A stretch of DNA of 52,668 nucleotides from assembly GCA_964584435.1 (NCBI GenBank), contig CAZOZZ010000006.1:1-52668 (forward strand). Direction: 5' to 3'. The position numbers and the translations under genes are program-made. This document shows, piece by piece, positions 8,239 to 19,100 of the stretch; positions within the stretch are counted from its first letter, which is position 1; each line of letters starts with the position of its first letter. The DNA is from an uncultured Solibacteraceae bacterium (GTDB lineage Bacteria > Acidobacteriota > Terriglobia > 20CM-2-55-15). The notes beneath the pieces were generated by a model, which worked only from the letters and a program-made list of their open reading frames with translations, made no database searches and had not been told where the DNA came from.

Positions 8239-8291
8239 ACGCGGAATTCCAGTCCAGGTTCTGCGGAGACCACACGGAGTGAACCTCCGCT

Positions 8292-11200
8292 TTAACGATA
8301 CTTGTCAGTTTCAGGCGTGAGGCCTCTTTTCGAAACGATCGTCACGATCAGGGAGGCATTCCGTTCGAGAAAAGGAGACGTCAGCATTCGGCGATGTTCA
8401 CCACTTCCCTGATGGAGGTGGAAGGCTCCCTTAGTCAAATCCGCCCAACGATCCAAAGAAGCCAGCATTCTGCCGTCTTCGCCCAGAACCGTCAGAGGCG
8501 AACCTTCAGCCCTGACCATGTGGATGTTCGCGTCGACACAGCCGGACTCGATACAGTCTCCCAGGAATTGCCGGTACTTCTCGATACGGACCAGGGCTTT
8601 TTCCCGCAATACACGACTGGATACCCCTTCAAGAAATTCCGCCGCCGCGTCGCGCATGTCCGCTTGCGAGAATTGAACCGGATAAAAATATCTTGCCGCA
8701 TCGAACAGAATCAGGTCCGAGACTCGAAGGCCCTCTTGCTCCAACTCCTGCGCAACCCGGAAAGCGAGCTTGCCGCCTGCAGAGAAACCGAACAGCACCA
8801 GCGGACTGCCATTCGACTTCTCGCGAATCAGCTTGACGTAGTCTTCAAGCCGCGAGTCGTGTTCGACAAAACTGAACCCATAGAAGGGACCCGGCAACAG
8901 CCTGGCCAGACTCTGGTATGCAAAGGGATACCCGGAACCGGGAGGGAACGCGAACAGCGCCGGCAGGTCCTTTCCCCGGTTAAACAAGACCATGGGCTGA
9001 TCGATCAAGTCACGGCCCAACCTGCTGGAATCGTCGATGTAAGCGGCAAGATCCCGCACGGTCTGAGCTCCCAAAATATCGGCGAGAGGAACCTCGACAC
9101 CGATTTCTTCTTGAATAGTTGAAATGAGTTTGACCGCCGTGAGGCTGTGGCCTCCGAGATCGAAGAAGTTATCCGTGGCACCGACGTCGGGCCGCCGCAG
9201 GAGGCGCTTCCAAATCTCGACCAACCGCGACTCCGTAACCGTCGCCGGAGGTTGGTGCGTTCCTTCGCGCCGACCCTCGAGAGGCGGCATGGGAAGCATG
9301 GCCCGATCGACCTTGCCGTTCACGTTCAACGTCAGCTCTTTCAGGATCACGAATTGAGAAGGCATCAGATAGTCGGACAGATGGACGCGAATATTCTCCC
9401 GTAGTTCCTCCACATCCAACTCATGCCCGGCGACAAACGCAATCAACTGGAAAACGCCATCACCCGGATCGCGTGCAACCGCTGCCGCGGCGGACACACG
9501 GGGGTGCCCAAGCAGCACGCTCTCCAGTTCCTCCAGCTCGATGCGGAAACCGCGGATTTTGACCTGGGTATCTATTCTTCCAAGAAAATCCAGCTCGCCG
9601 TCCCTCCGATGACGCACCAGATCGCCGGTCCGGTACAGCCGCTCACCCGCGATCGAAGGATGAGAAATGAACTTACGTCCTGTCAACTCATCGTCTTTCC
9701 AGTATCCGCGCGCGAGACCGTCGCCGCCAATGCAGAGCTCACCTGCCTCGCCGGGGAGCACTGGCTGAAGTTTGTCATCCAGCAGAATGGCCGTCGTGTT
9801 TGAGACGGGAATTCCAATCGGAACATCCGTTCCATGCGCGTGTGTGACGTCGTAGTACGTCGAAAATGTCGTGCCCTCGGTGGGGCCATACACGTGCTTC
9901 AGTTGAAGTTCGGGAAAAAGCGCGCGCACCGTGTTGAAATGATGCGCGGATGCCTTCTCGCCTCCGGTAAGAAGAAAGTGCAAGCCGGCGAACACACCCG
10001 CGCCTACTCCGGCCATTTGATTGAACAGACCGGTGGTGAGGAAGAGACCGGTGACGCCGTACTGCCGAATTAACCGGGTCAGCTCGACCGGACTGAGAAA
10101 AGATTTGCCTTCGGGCAGAACGACCGAGCCGCCGTTCAAAAGTGGTCCCCAGATTTCGAACGTTGAGGCATCGAAACTCAGCGCACCCGCCTGCAGAACA
10201 CGGTCCGCAGCATCAAGATCGATATAGTTCGTGTTGCGAACCAGGCGGACGATGGAACGGTGCTCGATCATGACGCCCTTTGGCCTGCCGGAGGTCCCCG
10301 ACGTGTACATCATATAAGCGAGCGATCCCGGTCCGGACCGATCGGATAAAGATTGAGCGTCCACTTTCTTGAGCGACGCACGATCGAACTGATAACGGTG
10401 GCGGTCCGATGGAGCAGGATGACTCCGTGTCTTGTCGATACGAATGAGCGCGTCATAGCCGAAACGAGAAAGCTCGCTCTCTGAGGATCCAATCATGGAG
10501 GAGAATTCGATTTCTGCTATCTCGGTAAAATCGAAACGGAGATCTTCCAAGAAGCTTTGGGAGATGAACAGCTCTTCGGTCCTGTCGAGCTTAGCGCGCC
10601 TGGCGCGTTCCGGATTCTGTCGTTTGAATTCGGCCAGAGACTTCAAAAACTCTTGTTTGAGATCCTGGTCCCATACGTTCCCAAGGAAGAGATAGCCTTC
10701 ACCCTTCAGCGACGCGATCGCTTTGCGGAGCACATCGCGGAAGTAGCCGTGACCGCGAAAGCATTCGATAACGCTGTTGATGACCACGACATCGAATCCG
10801 GTTTCGCCGGCTCGATCGATTTCATGCGCTGGAAGGGCGGCAAGCCGAATATTCGAAAGCTTCCGTCTTGCCACTTCCTGCTCTGCCCAACGCACAATCC
10901 CGGTCGAAAGGTCTGTTCCATAGTAGAAACCGACCAGCGGAGCAAGACGCCACATAGAAATTCCGGAAGCGCATCCGACTTCAAGCACCCTCGAAGAGTT
11001 ATCTAAATAGGGCGCCAGTTTCGTACGAATGTTCTCGCCGTACTCATCCATGACTTCCTGACTGAGCCATTCCCCTGTGTAACTACTGGTCCAACCGCCT
11101 CCTGAAATCTCATCGAAGGCTTGTTCGGCCACATACTCCCAAATGGCTGGATCCATGATGCCGCCGGACTCCTCGACTTCTGTTTTGACATCGTCGCTGT

Positions 11201-14200
11201 CGATACACATGAAATCTCGCAGGAGTGGGCATTCCCAGTGCAATTTGTGCGACAGCCCCAGATAGCGCTTCTCTGAAATGAGGACGCGCGCCTCCGTGTC
11301 GTCAAGCATCAGCCGCAAACGCTCGTGAGGCATGTCACCAGTAAGAGGGACGTAAGCCGCGCCCGACTTGAGAATGCCCAGGAGGGTGACGATCATCTCT
11401 GGCGAGCGGTCCAACAGAACGGCTACGAATTCCTCCTGGCGTACCCCTCTTTCCTGCAGAAACGCGGCCACTTCGTTCGACCTTCGATCCAACGCGCCGT
11501 ACGTCAATTCCGAGTGTCGGCAGATAACTGCCGTCCCAAGTGGCAACTTTTCCGCCTGCTCTGAGACGAGCGAGTGGACTGTTGAATACCGCGGATAGTC
11601 TGTTGCGGTCCGGATCAATTGATCGAGATCTTGCATGCGGAGCTTTTCGTCCACTGCGTTACGTGTCAGAGCACCTGCGGGTCTATCGTCCACTTCAGTC
11701 AACGCACGAGCGCCCTCTTCGATCGCCTTGAGAAGAGTTTCGGCAGTGGAAGGGAGAAAGAGACCCCCGTCGTATTCCAGCTCAAGCATCAGCCCCGAAT
11801 CTACCTCCGACACAAATAGGCACAGATCAAACTTTGAGGTTCGAGTGGGAACCTCGAATTCACGGGAATCGACGAAAGCCGACGACGCTTGTGCCAATTC
11901 CTCGCCCTCGAGACGGATATCCTGGAAACTCTGAAACCCGTAAATGACATTCAGTAGCGGCTGCCGATTTGCACAGCGCTCAGGATTCAGTTTCTCGATC
12001 ATCAGGTCGAATGGATATTCCTGATGGTCCAGGGCTTTGTTGCTGGATTGCACAACGCGAGCGACAATTTCGCTGAGCGGTGTGTCGGGTGCGATCCGAA
12101 TTCGGATGGGAAGCACGTTTACAAAGAAGCCAATGATGCGCTCTAACTCGCTACGATTACGATTCGCTGAACTCACGCCAATGCAGAAATCATCCTGACG
12201 CGACGTGGACCAGAGCGCCAGTGCGAACGATACCAGAATCACGTTCGACAGCGTCGCTCCCTTGTCGACGGCCAGTCTCGAAAGAGAGTCGAACAGCGAA
12301 GGATCAAACGTTAATCGAGCAGTCTCGCCGCGAAAGTCACGACGGTCCTCAGAAGGCCAGAAATCGCGAGGCAGTCGGATGCCTTCCGGCGCACCGGCCA
12401 GTGCTTCAAGCCAATACCCCTCGTCGGCCGAAAAATCGATGTGGTTCTGCCAAGCTGCAAAATCTTTGTAGTGAATGGGTACGGGCGGAAGCGGATCGGG
12501 GCGACGAGAACGGCTGGATTCGTACAACGCGAGCAGCTCGTTATACAAGACGATGAGCGACCAGCCGTCGCCGATAATGTGATGCATCGTCAGCAGCAAG
12601 ACATGTCTGGTGGGCGCAAGAGCCATCAGCGTGAAACGGAGGAGAGGCGCGGTCTCCAGATCGAACGGACTGGTCGCTTCGCGAACGGCCGCCGCGCGTG
12701 CCGCGTCTTCAGGCACCGCTTCGTGAGTCAGATCAAGTTCGACGAGAAGCGGTGCGACTTCGGGCGCAATGAACTGCTTCGGAGTCCCGTCTACGACCAC
12801 GAAGCTGGTTCGCAATGCTTCGTGTCGTCCCGCGAGCGCGACAATGGCTGTTCGTAACGAAACAACATCCAGCTCACCCTCGTAGATATGGGCTCTCGGC
12901 ATGTTGTAGGCGACCTGTCCGCCCATCTGGTGGAGAAGCCACAGTCGCCCCTGGGCATGCGACATGTCGTAGTGTGGCTGTGGCGAGACAGGTTCGATGC
13001 CCTCCACCGACGTTGGCTGTGCGGCTCGAATCAGTGCTGCCGTTTCTGCGACGGAGGACGCCGAGAGTAAGGACTCCGCCCGCAATGCAACTCCGAATTG
13101 CAGTTGAATGCGCGAGCGAACTTGCATGGCCTTCAGGCTGTGTCCACCCAACTCAAAGAAACTGACGCTGGGTCTCGGATTCTCTCCGAGGACTTCCGCC
13201 CAGATTCTGGCGACTTGTTCTTCGATGGGATCAGAAAACTCCCCCGAGTCGCTCTCCACTGCCCGCGCGAATACGGGCAGACGGGCGCGATCAATTTTGC
13301 CGTTCGTCGTTTGCGGTAACCTCGGAAGAAAAACGAATCGAGACGGGATCATGAAGTCAGGCAGCACCTGGTACAAGTGTTCCCGCATCTTCTGCGAATC
13401 GATATCGTTCGTGCTCTCGATGTAGGCGACCAGCAAGACCTCCGACCCCGCGTGGGCCCCAGTCGGAAGGCCCACAACAACCGACCGACTGACACCTGGA
13501 AGTGTCTCGATCGTCGCTTCGATCTCTGCGGGCTCTATCCGATACCCTCGGATTTTCACCTGGGCGTCGGCACGACCAAGATATTCCAGGACGCCTCCCG
13601 GCAGCCATCGCGCAAGATCACCGGTCTTGTAGATGCGCTCTCCAGGTCGATGTGGATCCGGAATAAATGACTTTTGGCTGAGATCGTCACGGTTCACGTA
13701 CCCCCGGGCGAGACCTGGACCTCCGACATGAAGCATTCCTGTAACGCCGACGGGCGACAGGCCGCACATCGCGTCCAGGACGTAGGCTCGGGCGTTGTCG
13801 ATGGGCCTGCCAATGGGGACGGTGGTCTGGCCGACCTTGGCCTCCTCCACCACGCAACCGACGGTTGCTTCAGTCGGACCATACTCGTTGAACACCCGCA
13901 TTTGCGGATTAAGACGATGCAGGATCCCAAGCTGTTTGGTAGAGAACGCCTCCCCACCGACGACAGCCAGACGAATCGGCGTCGAGGAGAGATCCAGATA
14001 CTCGATCAGAGAAACATGCGATGGCGTCAATTTGACACTGTCGATTCCGGCCCTTCCGCTGAAAACGTCTTCGAGAATGTCGGTCGTCTCCGCTTCCTGG
14101 GAAAAGACGACCAGTGTCTTGCCTCGCAACAACGGCAGAAATAGGCTGGTCACCGTCAGGTCGAACGACAGGGATGTGAATAATCCGAACGAGCCTCCTT

Positions 14201-16136
14201 CGGAGCCTTCGAAATAAAACCTGCGACTCCACTCGAGATAACCAAGCAACGAGGCATGTTCAATCTCGCAACCTTTGGGTTGTCCCGTGGACCCCGACGT
14301 ATACAGAACGTACGCCACATCATCCGGCCGCGCCCGGCTCTTCATCTGTTCGCGCGGATGCGTCTGAATGGGCAACTCCACAACGGCTGCACCTTGTGCG
14401 GGAAGCGCCTTCCTCGAACGGGCATCGGTGAGCACGAGCGTGCAACCACTGTCGGAGAGCATGTCCTTGACCCGGAGGCTGGGATAAGAAGGATCAATGG
14501 GAACATAGGCCGCGCCTGCCTTGAGGACGGCAAGAATCGCGACGATCAGTTGGTCGGACCGTCGAAGAGCAATTCCGATCCGTTGCTCCGACCCGACTCC
14601 CAGGTTTTCAGAAAGAAAGGCGGCGAGCGTGTTGATGCTCCGGCTCAGCTGTCGGTAGCTGATTTTCGTCTCTCCGAATTTGACGGCGATCGCATCCGGT
14701 ACGCGATCGGCCTGCGCCTCGAATTCCTCAACGATCGTGTGGGAACTGAGCGGGAGCTTCACGGAGCCTTGGGACCACGTCAGCAGCTCTCTCTGTTCCT
14801 CGGGCGTACAGACTTCGATGGCCGAGGCCGCTGCCTCGGGATTTGCGCGAACGTTACGCAACGCCATCTCGAAGTGACGCGCACATCTCTCGATGTCAAC
14901 ATCGTGATATGCGTTGCCGTCATATAGAAAGCTGATGCGCAGATTCTCCCCTGGAACGACAACCAGGCTGAATGAATAGTGATTGCGGTCGTAGGTGTCG
15001 ATGATCCGGAAGTCGAGATCGGAAGTCTCCGCAGAGGAGACCGCGTCCGAAACGGGATAGTTGTCGAACACGACGATGTGATCGAACAGGGCACTGCCAA
15101 GCGGATTCCCCGCTTGTATTTCCACGAGCGGGTGGTGGTGAAACGACAATCCTTCGACCATGCCCCTCTGCGTCCGTTGGGCCATCGCCGAGAAGCTCTC
15201 GCCAGGTTGGACACGCAACCGAACAGGAATCGTATTGATGAACAGGCCGACCATGCGCTCCACCCCATCGAGTTCCGCAGGACGGCCGGAGACGACGCTT
15301 CCGAAGACCACATCGGACGAATTGTTGTAGCGTGCGAGCAAGAGTGCCCACGCGGTTTGAATCAACACGTTCAGAGTGACGTGAAGCCGGTGGGCAAGCG
15401 ACGAAAGCCCCTCTGAAAGCTTGGAGTCAAGCACAAGATCCCAGGTCTGCGAATCGGAATCGCCGAGGCGCTCGGCGGTCCGATCCGCGAGCGACGGCAC
15501 GACCGCCGGGTTCTCGAACCCGTCCAGGTAGCGAGCCCAATAGGACTTCGCGTCGGCAGTGTCCAGTCCTCCCAGCCAGCGGATATAGTCGCCATAGGGC
15601 CGGGCTCGCGCAAGCGGAGGGTCCACGCCTTGAACCAACGCCTGATAAATCTCCAGAAATTCCTGTCTCAGGATCGCAAGACACCAGCCATCCAGTAGAA
15701 GATGATGGTAGGTCCACACCAACGTGTGCGCTCCCTCACCCCTGCGAAACACCCGGATTCGCATCAAGGCTCCGCGCTGCACGTCGAACGAGTGATGGCG
15801 ATCTCCCTCACGATACTCGTCTATGAAGCGTGCTTGCTCCGCCGGCGCGGCGGAGGTAAGGTCCTCCATGGAAAACTCCGGATAACGGCCCTTGATGACG
15901 ACCTGGACGGGCTTGGCTATGTCATCATGCACAAAAGCTGTCCGCAGAATCGCATGCCGGTCAAAGAGTCTCCTCCAACTCTCCTTGAACATCTCGAGGT
16001 CGAGTGCTCCCGTCAGCTCGAACGTCATCTGAACGAGGTAGGCTTGTGTTGGACGTTCTTCTGAAAGTGCGTGAAAGAGGAACCCTTCCTGCAGTGGAGA
16101 AAGGGAATAGATGTCCTCGATATCGCCTTCAATCAT
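8292..16136 (-). CDS. NRPS, modules 8-9: C-A-T-C-A(MT-interrupted)-T-TE (2,614 aa)
   Basis: C with a DCL-type N-terminus (IEDIYSLSPLQEGFLFH; HHLLLDGW aa 144-151). A (LKAGAAYVPID, YTSGSTGQPKG aa 612-622, NEYGPTE, NGKIDR; code DLTKVGEVGK). T (FFELGGHS, Ser1000). C (MHHIIGDGWS, HH 1185-1186). A with about 280 extra aa carrying SAM motif VLEVGCASG (aa 1717-1725), inserted between LKSGAAYVPL (aa 1589) and YTSGTSGRPKG (aa 1944); code DAFFLGVTFK. T (FFDLGGHS, Ser2331). TE (GFSAGG, Ser2452). Confidence 0.97.
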   Translation of the reverse strand: MIEGDIEDIYSLSPLQEGFLFHALSEERPTQAYLVQMTFELTGALDLEMFKESWRRLFDRHAILRTAFVHDDIAKPVQVVIKGRYPEFSMEDLTSAAPAEQARFIDEYREGDRHHSFDVQRGALMRIRVFRRGEGAHTLVWTYHHLLLDGWCLAILRQEFLEIYQALVQGVDPPLARARPYGDYIRWLGGLDTADAKSYWARYLDGFENPAVVPSLADRTAERLGDSDSQTWDLVLDSKLSEGLSSLAHRLHVTLNVLIQTAWALLLARYNNSSDVVFGSVVSGRPAELDGVERMVGLFINTIPVRLRVQPGESFSAMAQRTQRGMVEGLSFHHHPLVEIQAGNPLGSALFDHIVVFDNYPVSDAVSSAETSDLDFRIIDTYDRNHYSFSLVVVPGENLRISFLYDGNAYHDVDIERCARHFEMALRNVRANPEAAASAIEVCTPEEQRELLTWSQGSVKLPLSSHTIVEEFEAQADRVPDAIAVKFGETKISYRQLSRSINTLAAFLSENLGVGSEQRIGIALRRSDQLIVAILAVLKAGAAYVPIDPSYPSLRVKDMLSDSGCTLVLTDARSRKALPAQGAAVVELPIQTHPREQMKSRARPDDVAYVLYTSGSTGQPKGCEIEHASLLGYLEWSRRFYFEGSEGGSFGLFTSLSFDLTVTSLFLPLLRGKTLVVFSQEAETTDILEDVFSGRAGIDSVKLTPSHVSLIEYLDLSSTPIRLAVVGGEAFSTKQLGILHRLNPQMRVFNEYGPTEATVGCVVEEAKVGQTTVPIGRPIDNARAYVLDAMCGLSPVGVTGMLHVGGPGLARGYVNRDDLSQKSFIPDPHRPGERIYKTGDLARWLPGGVLEYLGRADAQVKIRGYRIEPAEIEATIETLPGVSRSVVVGLPTGAHAGSEVLLVAYIESTNDIDSQKMREHLYQVLPDFMIPSRFVFLPRLPQTTNGKIDRARLPVFARAVESDSGEFSDPIEEQVARIWAEVLGENPRPSVSFFELGGHSLKAMQVRSRIQLQFGVALRAESLLSASSVAETAALIRAAQPTSVEGIEPVSPQPHYDMSHAQGRLWLLHQMGGQVAYNMPRAHIYEGELDVVSLRTAIVALAGRHEALRTSFVVVDGTPKQFIAPEVAPLLVELDLTHEAVPEDAARAAAVREATSPFDLETAPLLRFTLMALAPTRHVLLLTMHHIIGDGWSLIVLYNELLALYESSRSRRPDPLPPVPIHYKDFAAWQNHIDFSADEGYWLEALAGAPEGIRLPRDFWPSEDRRDFRGETARLTFDPSLFDSLSRLAVDKGATLSNVILVSFALALWSTSRQDDFCIGVSSANRNRSELERIIGFFVNVLPIRIRIAPDTPLSEIVARVVQSSNKALDHQEYPFDLMIEKLNPERCANRQPLLNVIYGFQSFQDIRLEGEELAQASSAFVDSREFEVPTRTSKFDLCLFVSEVDSGLMLELEYDGGLFLPSTAETLLKAIEEGARALTEVDDRPAGALTRNAVDEKLRMQDLDQLIRTATDYPRYSTVHSLVSEQAEKLPLGTAVICRHSELTYGALDRRSNEVAAFLQERGVRQEEFVAVLLDRSPEMIVTLLGILKSGAAYVPLTGDMPHERLRLMLDDTEARVLISEKRYLGLSHKLHWECPLLRDFMCIDSDDVKTEVEESGGIMDPAIWEYVAEQAFDEISGGGWTSSYTGEWLSQEVMDEYGENIRTKLAPYLDNSSRVLEVGCASGISMWRLAPLVGFYYGTDLSTGIVRWAEQEVARRKLSNIRLAALPAHEIDRAGETGFDVVVINSVIECFRGHGYFRDVLRKAIASLKGEGYLFLGNVWDQDLKQEFLKSLAEFKRQNPERARRAKLDRTEELFISQSFLEDLRFDFTEIAEIEFSSMIGSSESELSRFGYDALIRIDKTRSHPAPSDRHRYQFDRASLKKVDAQSLSDRSGPGSLAYMMYTSGTSGRPKGVMIEHRSIVRLVRNTNYIDLDAADRVLQAGALSFDASTFEIWGPLLNGGSVVLPEGKSFLSPVELTRLIRQYGVTGLFLTTGLFNQMAGVGAGVFAGLHFLLTGGEKASAHHFNTVRALFPELQLKHVYGPTEGTTFSTYYDVTHAHGTDVPIGIPVSNTTAILLDDKLQPVLPGEAGELCIGGDGLARGYWKDDELTGRKFISHPSIAGERLYRTGDLVRHRRDGELDFLGRIDTQVKIRGFRIELEELESVLLGHPRVSAAAAVARDPGDGVFQLIAFVAGHELDVEELRENIRVHLSDYLMPSQFVILKELTLNVNGKVDRAMLPMPPLEGRREGTHQPPATVTESRLVEIWKRLLRRPDVGATDNFFDLGGHSLTAVKLISTIQEEIGVEVPLADILGAQTVRDLAAYIDDSSRLGRDLIDQPMVLFNRGKDLPALFAFPPGSGYPFAYQSLARLLPGPFYGFSFVEHDSRLEDYVKLIREKSNGSPLVLFGFSAGGKLAFRVAQELEQEGLRVSDLILFDAARYFYPVQFSQADMRDAAAEFLEGVSSRVLREKALVRIEKYRQFLGDCIESGCVDANIHMVRAEGSPLTVLGEDGRMLASLDRWADLTKGAFHLHQGSGEHRRMLTSPFLERNASLIVTIVSKRGLTPETDKYR
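10407..11219 (-). other. SAM-dependent methyltransferase insertion between A-domain motifs a2 and a3 (module 9)
   Basis: The a2-to-a3 spacing is 355 aa here, against 74 aa in module 8 of the same protein. Motif I VLEVGCASG is encoded at 10962-10988. Confidence 0.85.
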
Positions 16137-19100
16137 CGAATCTTCCTAAGAATAGTGTCGAGGTCGGCCTTTGACAGGCCGGTTGCGGCAGCCTTCTCTT
16201 CAGTGGATCCCAAAGCGGTAACTATCGCCAGAAGCTCTTGACGAAAATTGGCGGCAAGCCGCTCGATCGCCGACGCGCTGCACTGGGCGGAAGAATAGGT
16301 GATCGACAGGCCAAAGCGCTCCTCGATCACCGCTGCCGTGAACTCCAGGTCGCTCGCTCGCGATACCGATCCGCTGATAGGACCGGGGGCATCGCCTTTG
16401 AGCTGGAAGAAACCACCCGCACCAATGTCCGCGAACTCACCGAGATAGTTGAACGCCAGGCGAGGCAACTCGTACCGTCTCAGAACGTCTCGGGTGGACT
16501 CCGGCGCCAAGTGTCGCGCAACTCCGAACCCTACGCCACCACCCGGAATGTCTTCGAGACGCTGTCGAATGCCGTCCACCTGCGCTTTGGCGGTCGGCCC
16601 TTCCAAACGCAGGGCAAACGGGAAGAGTGCGGTAAACCATCCCGCCGTCCTATTCACCTCGATGTCGTCTTCCAGCATGTGACGACCGTGCCCCTCGAGC
16701 AAAATACGCGTGGCCGCGCCACCGTGCCACAATTGCAGCGCTCGTCCGAGTGCCGTCAGCAGAATGCTAAGAGTGTCCTTGCCGCGTCCCGAGGGCTGAC
16801 AAGCCAGCAGCGCCTTTGTCTCGGCACGCGAAAGTTCGATTTCTTTCGAGTGGCAGTCCGAGTAGCGGTTGACTGCGGAACGATCCACGAGCAGCTCCGA
16901 GGAGGGCTCGCGCAGGACAGCCTCCCAGTAAGCGACCTCCCGTTCGGACGTCTTGCTTTGGGCGTGTTGCGCAAGGTGGTTGGACCAATCTCGAAACGTG
17001 AAGTGAATCGGCGGCAGGTTGATCGACTGGCCCGAACGGGCTTGCTCATAGCAGACACCAAGATCGTCTAGAAGAATCCGACACGTCACTGCGTCGGCGA
17101 TCAGATGATGAAGCGTAATCATCAGAAGGTCCTTCTCCGATGATCGGAACAGCACGGCAGCCACGAGCGGCCCTTTGTCGAGTTGAAACTCCGCCTGGTG
17201 TCTACGGGCGGATTCGGCCGAAAATGCCCCCTCGATCGCGAGCGGTATTGCGCCGCCAGGGTCCACAATGCTTTGGTTGACGGAGGGAGCAACCCCCTCG
17301 AACACCATCCGCAGGGTGTCGTGATGCCGGTAGAGTCCGGCAAGCGCAGTGCGAAGGGCAGACTCCTCAACCGCCTCCCTGCACTCGAGCAGCATCGAGA
17401 TGTTGAAGTGATGGAGCTGTCCGGAGTGTTGTTCGAAGAACCAATGCTGCACCGGAGAAAGCGGGACGGGACCGAATCCGGGCGATCGTGACGGCAACGC
17501 GATCGACGGAGCCAGGCGCGGCGCAAGTTCGGAAATAGTCGGAAACTGGAACAAGTCAGCGACCTTCATCCGCCACCCGCGCTGCTTCAAACGATGCGCT
17601 ATCTGAATCGCTTTGATCGAGTCACCTCCAATCTCAAAGTACACCTCATCAACGGCGACCTGTTCCCTGTTGAGTACGGCGGCCCACACGCTTTCCAGAG
17701 CCGCCTCCCGCTCGCCGGAAGGCAATCCGCCACGAGATTCCCGGGCTTTCGGCAGACCGAGTGCTGCGCGATTGATCTTGCCGGTGTGCCCGACCGGCAT
17801 GGCTTCCAGCGCAACAAAGTGTGCCGGGATCATCCAGGCCGGAAGTGACTCGGCAAGAAACGATCGCAGGGCCTCGCGTACAAGAGGCTGGCTGGAAGTG
17901 TAGTAACCCGTCAGCTCTTGTGCGCCAACAACGTTCTGTGCTGCAACCACGATCGACTCCCCAACCAGCGGATGCCGTCGCATGTGCTGTTCGACCTCGC
18001 CTAACTCCACGCGGAAGCCCCGAACCTTTACCTGGGAATCGATCCGCCCGAGAAACTGAACGACACCATTTCGCAGCCAACGCCCGCGGTCTCCGGTCCT
18101 GTAAAGTCGGCCTCCAGGGCGGAACGGATCGGCGACAAAGACGCGGCGTGTCAAGTCATCGTCATTCAAGTAGCCTCGTGCGACTCCGTCTCCTCCGGTG
18201 AAGATCTCGCCGGGAGTGCCTAACGGAAGCGGCTCGAGATTCCTTCCGAGAACATAAATTGAGCTGTTGGAAATCGGCGATCCAATTGGAATATCGTGTT
18301 CGTGGTGGCTCGAAACCCGATAGAACGTACTGAAGGTCGTGTTCTCAGTCGGGCCGTAAACATGCAACAGTTCGACGCCGGGACACACAGACCGAAGAGT
18401 CATGAAATGCGCGGGCGAAACCCGTTCCCCCCCGCTCATGAGAATCCGGAGGCCGCGGAACATCGACACGTTCGATTCGACGAACTGGTTGAAGAGGCTG
18501 GTCGTGAGAAACAGAATGGTAACGGCTTGTTCCTTGAGAACCGCAGCAAACTCCAACGGGTCGGCCAACACGCTGCGCTTGGGAAACACTACAGCTGCAC
18601 CATTCAAGAGTGCGCCCCAAATTTCGAAAGTACAGGCGTCGAACGCGATCGATCCACCCTGCAGAATGCGATCTTGCGGCCGCACCGCCACATAGTTGGT
18701 GTTCCGCACGAGGCGGATCACGGACTTCTGCTCGATCAGCGAACCTTTCGGCCGGCCACTGGATCCCGAAGTGTAAATGACATATGCGAGACTCGATCCC
18801 GAACCGATCGGCTCCAGATCGCCGGCATCCTCCATATCGATACTCTCGATGTCGATAGCCTCGATTCCTGGGAGCCCGGGTTGGCGAGAAGACTCGTTCG
18901 TCAAGACATAACGACATCCGGTATCGCGAAGAATCAGTTCGGTCCGCGAGGCGGGAATGCTGGGATCGAGCGGCACATACGCTCCGCCCGCCTTCAGGAT
19001 CGCGAGCAACGCCACCGCGGTCCATTCCGAGGACTCGAGCAACACACCGACACGCTCCTCCGCCTGGATGGACAAGTCTCCGCGCAATCGGCGGCCGACG

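Noticed and set aside
7895-8275. 126-aa ORF with a GTG start 8 nt after a GGAGG, just downstream of the TE-NRPS stop. It could have been the real gene there.
   Set aside because: Its translation is an Arg-rich out-of-frame shadow of the PPTase gene, and the PPTase frame carries all four Sfp-type motifs.
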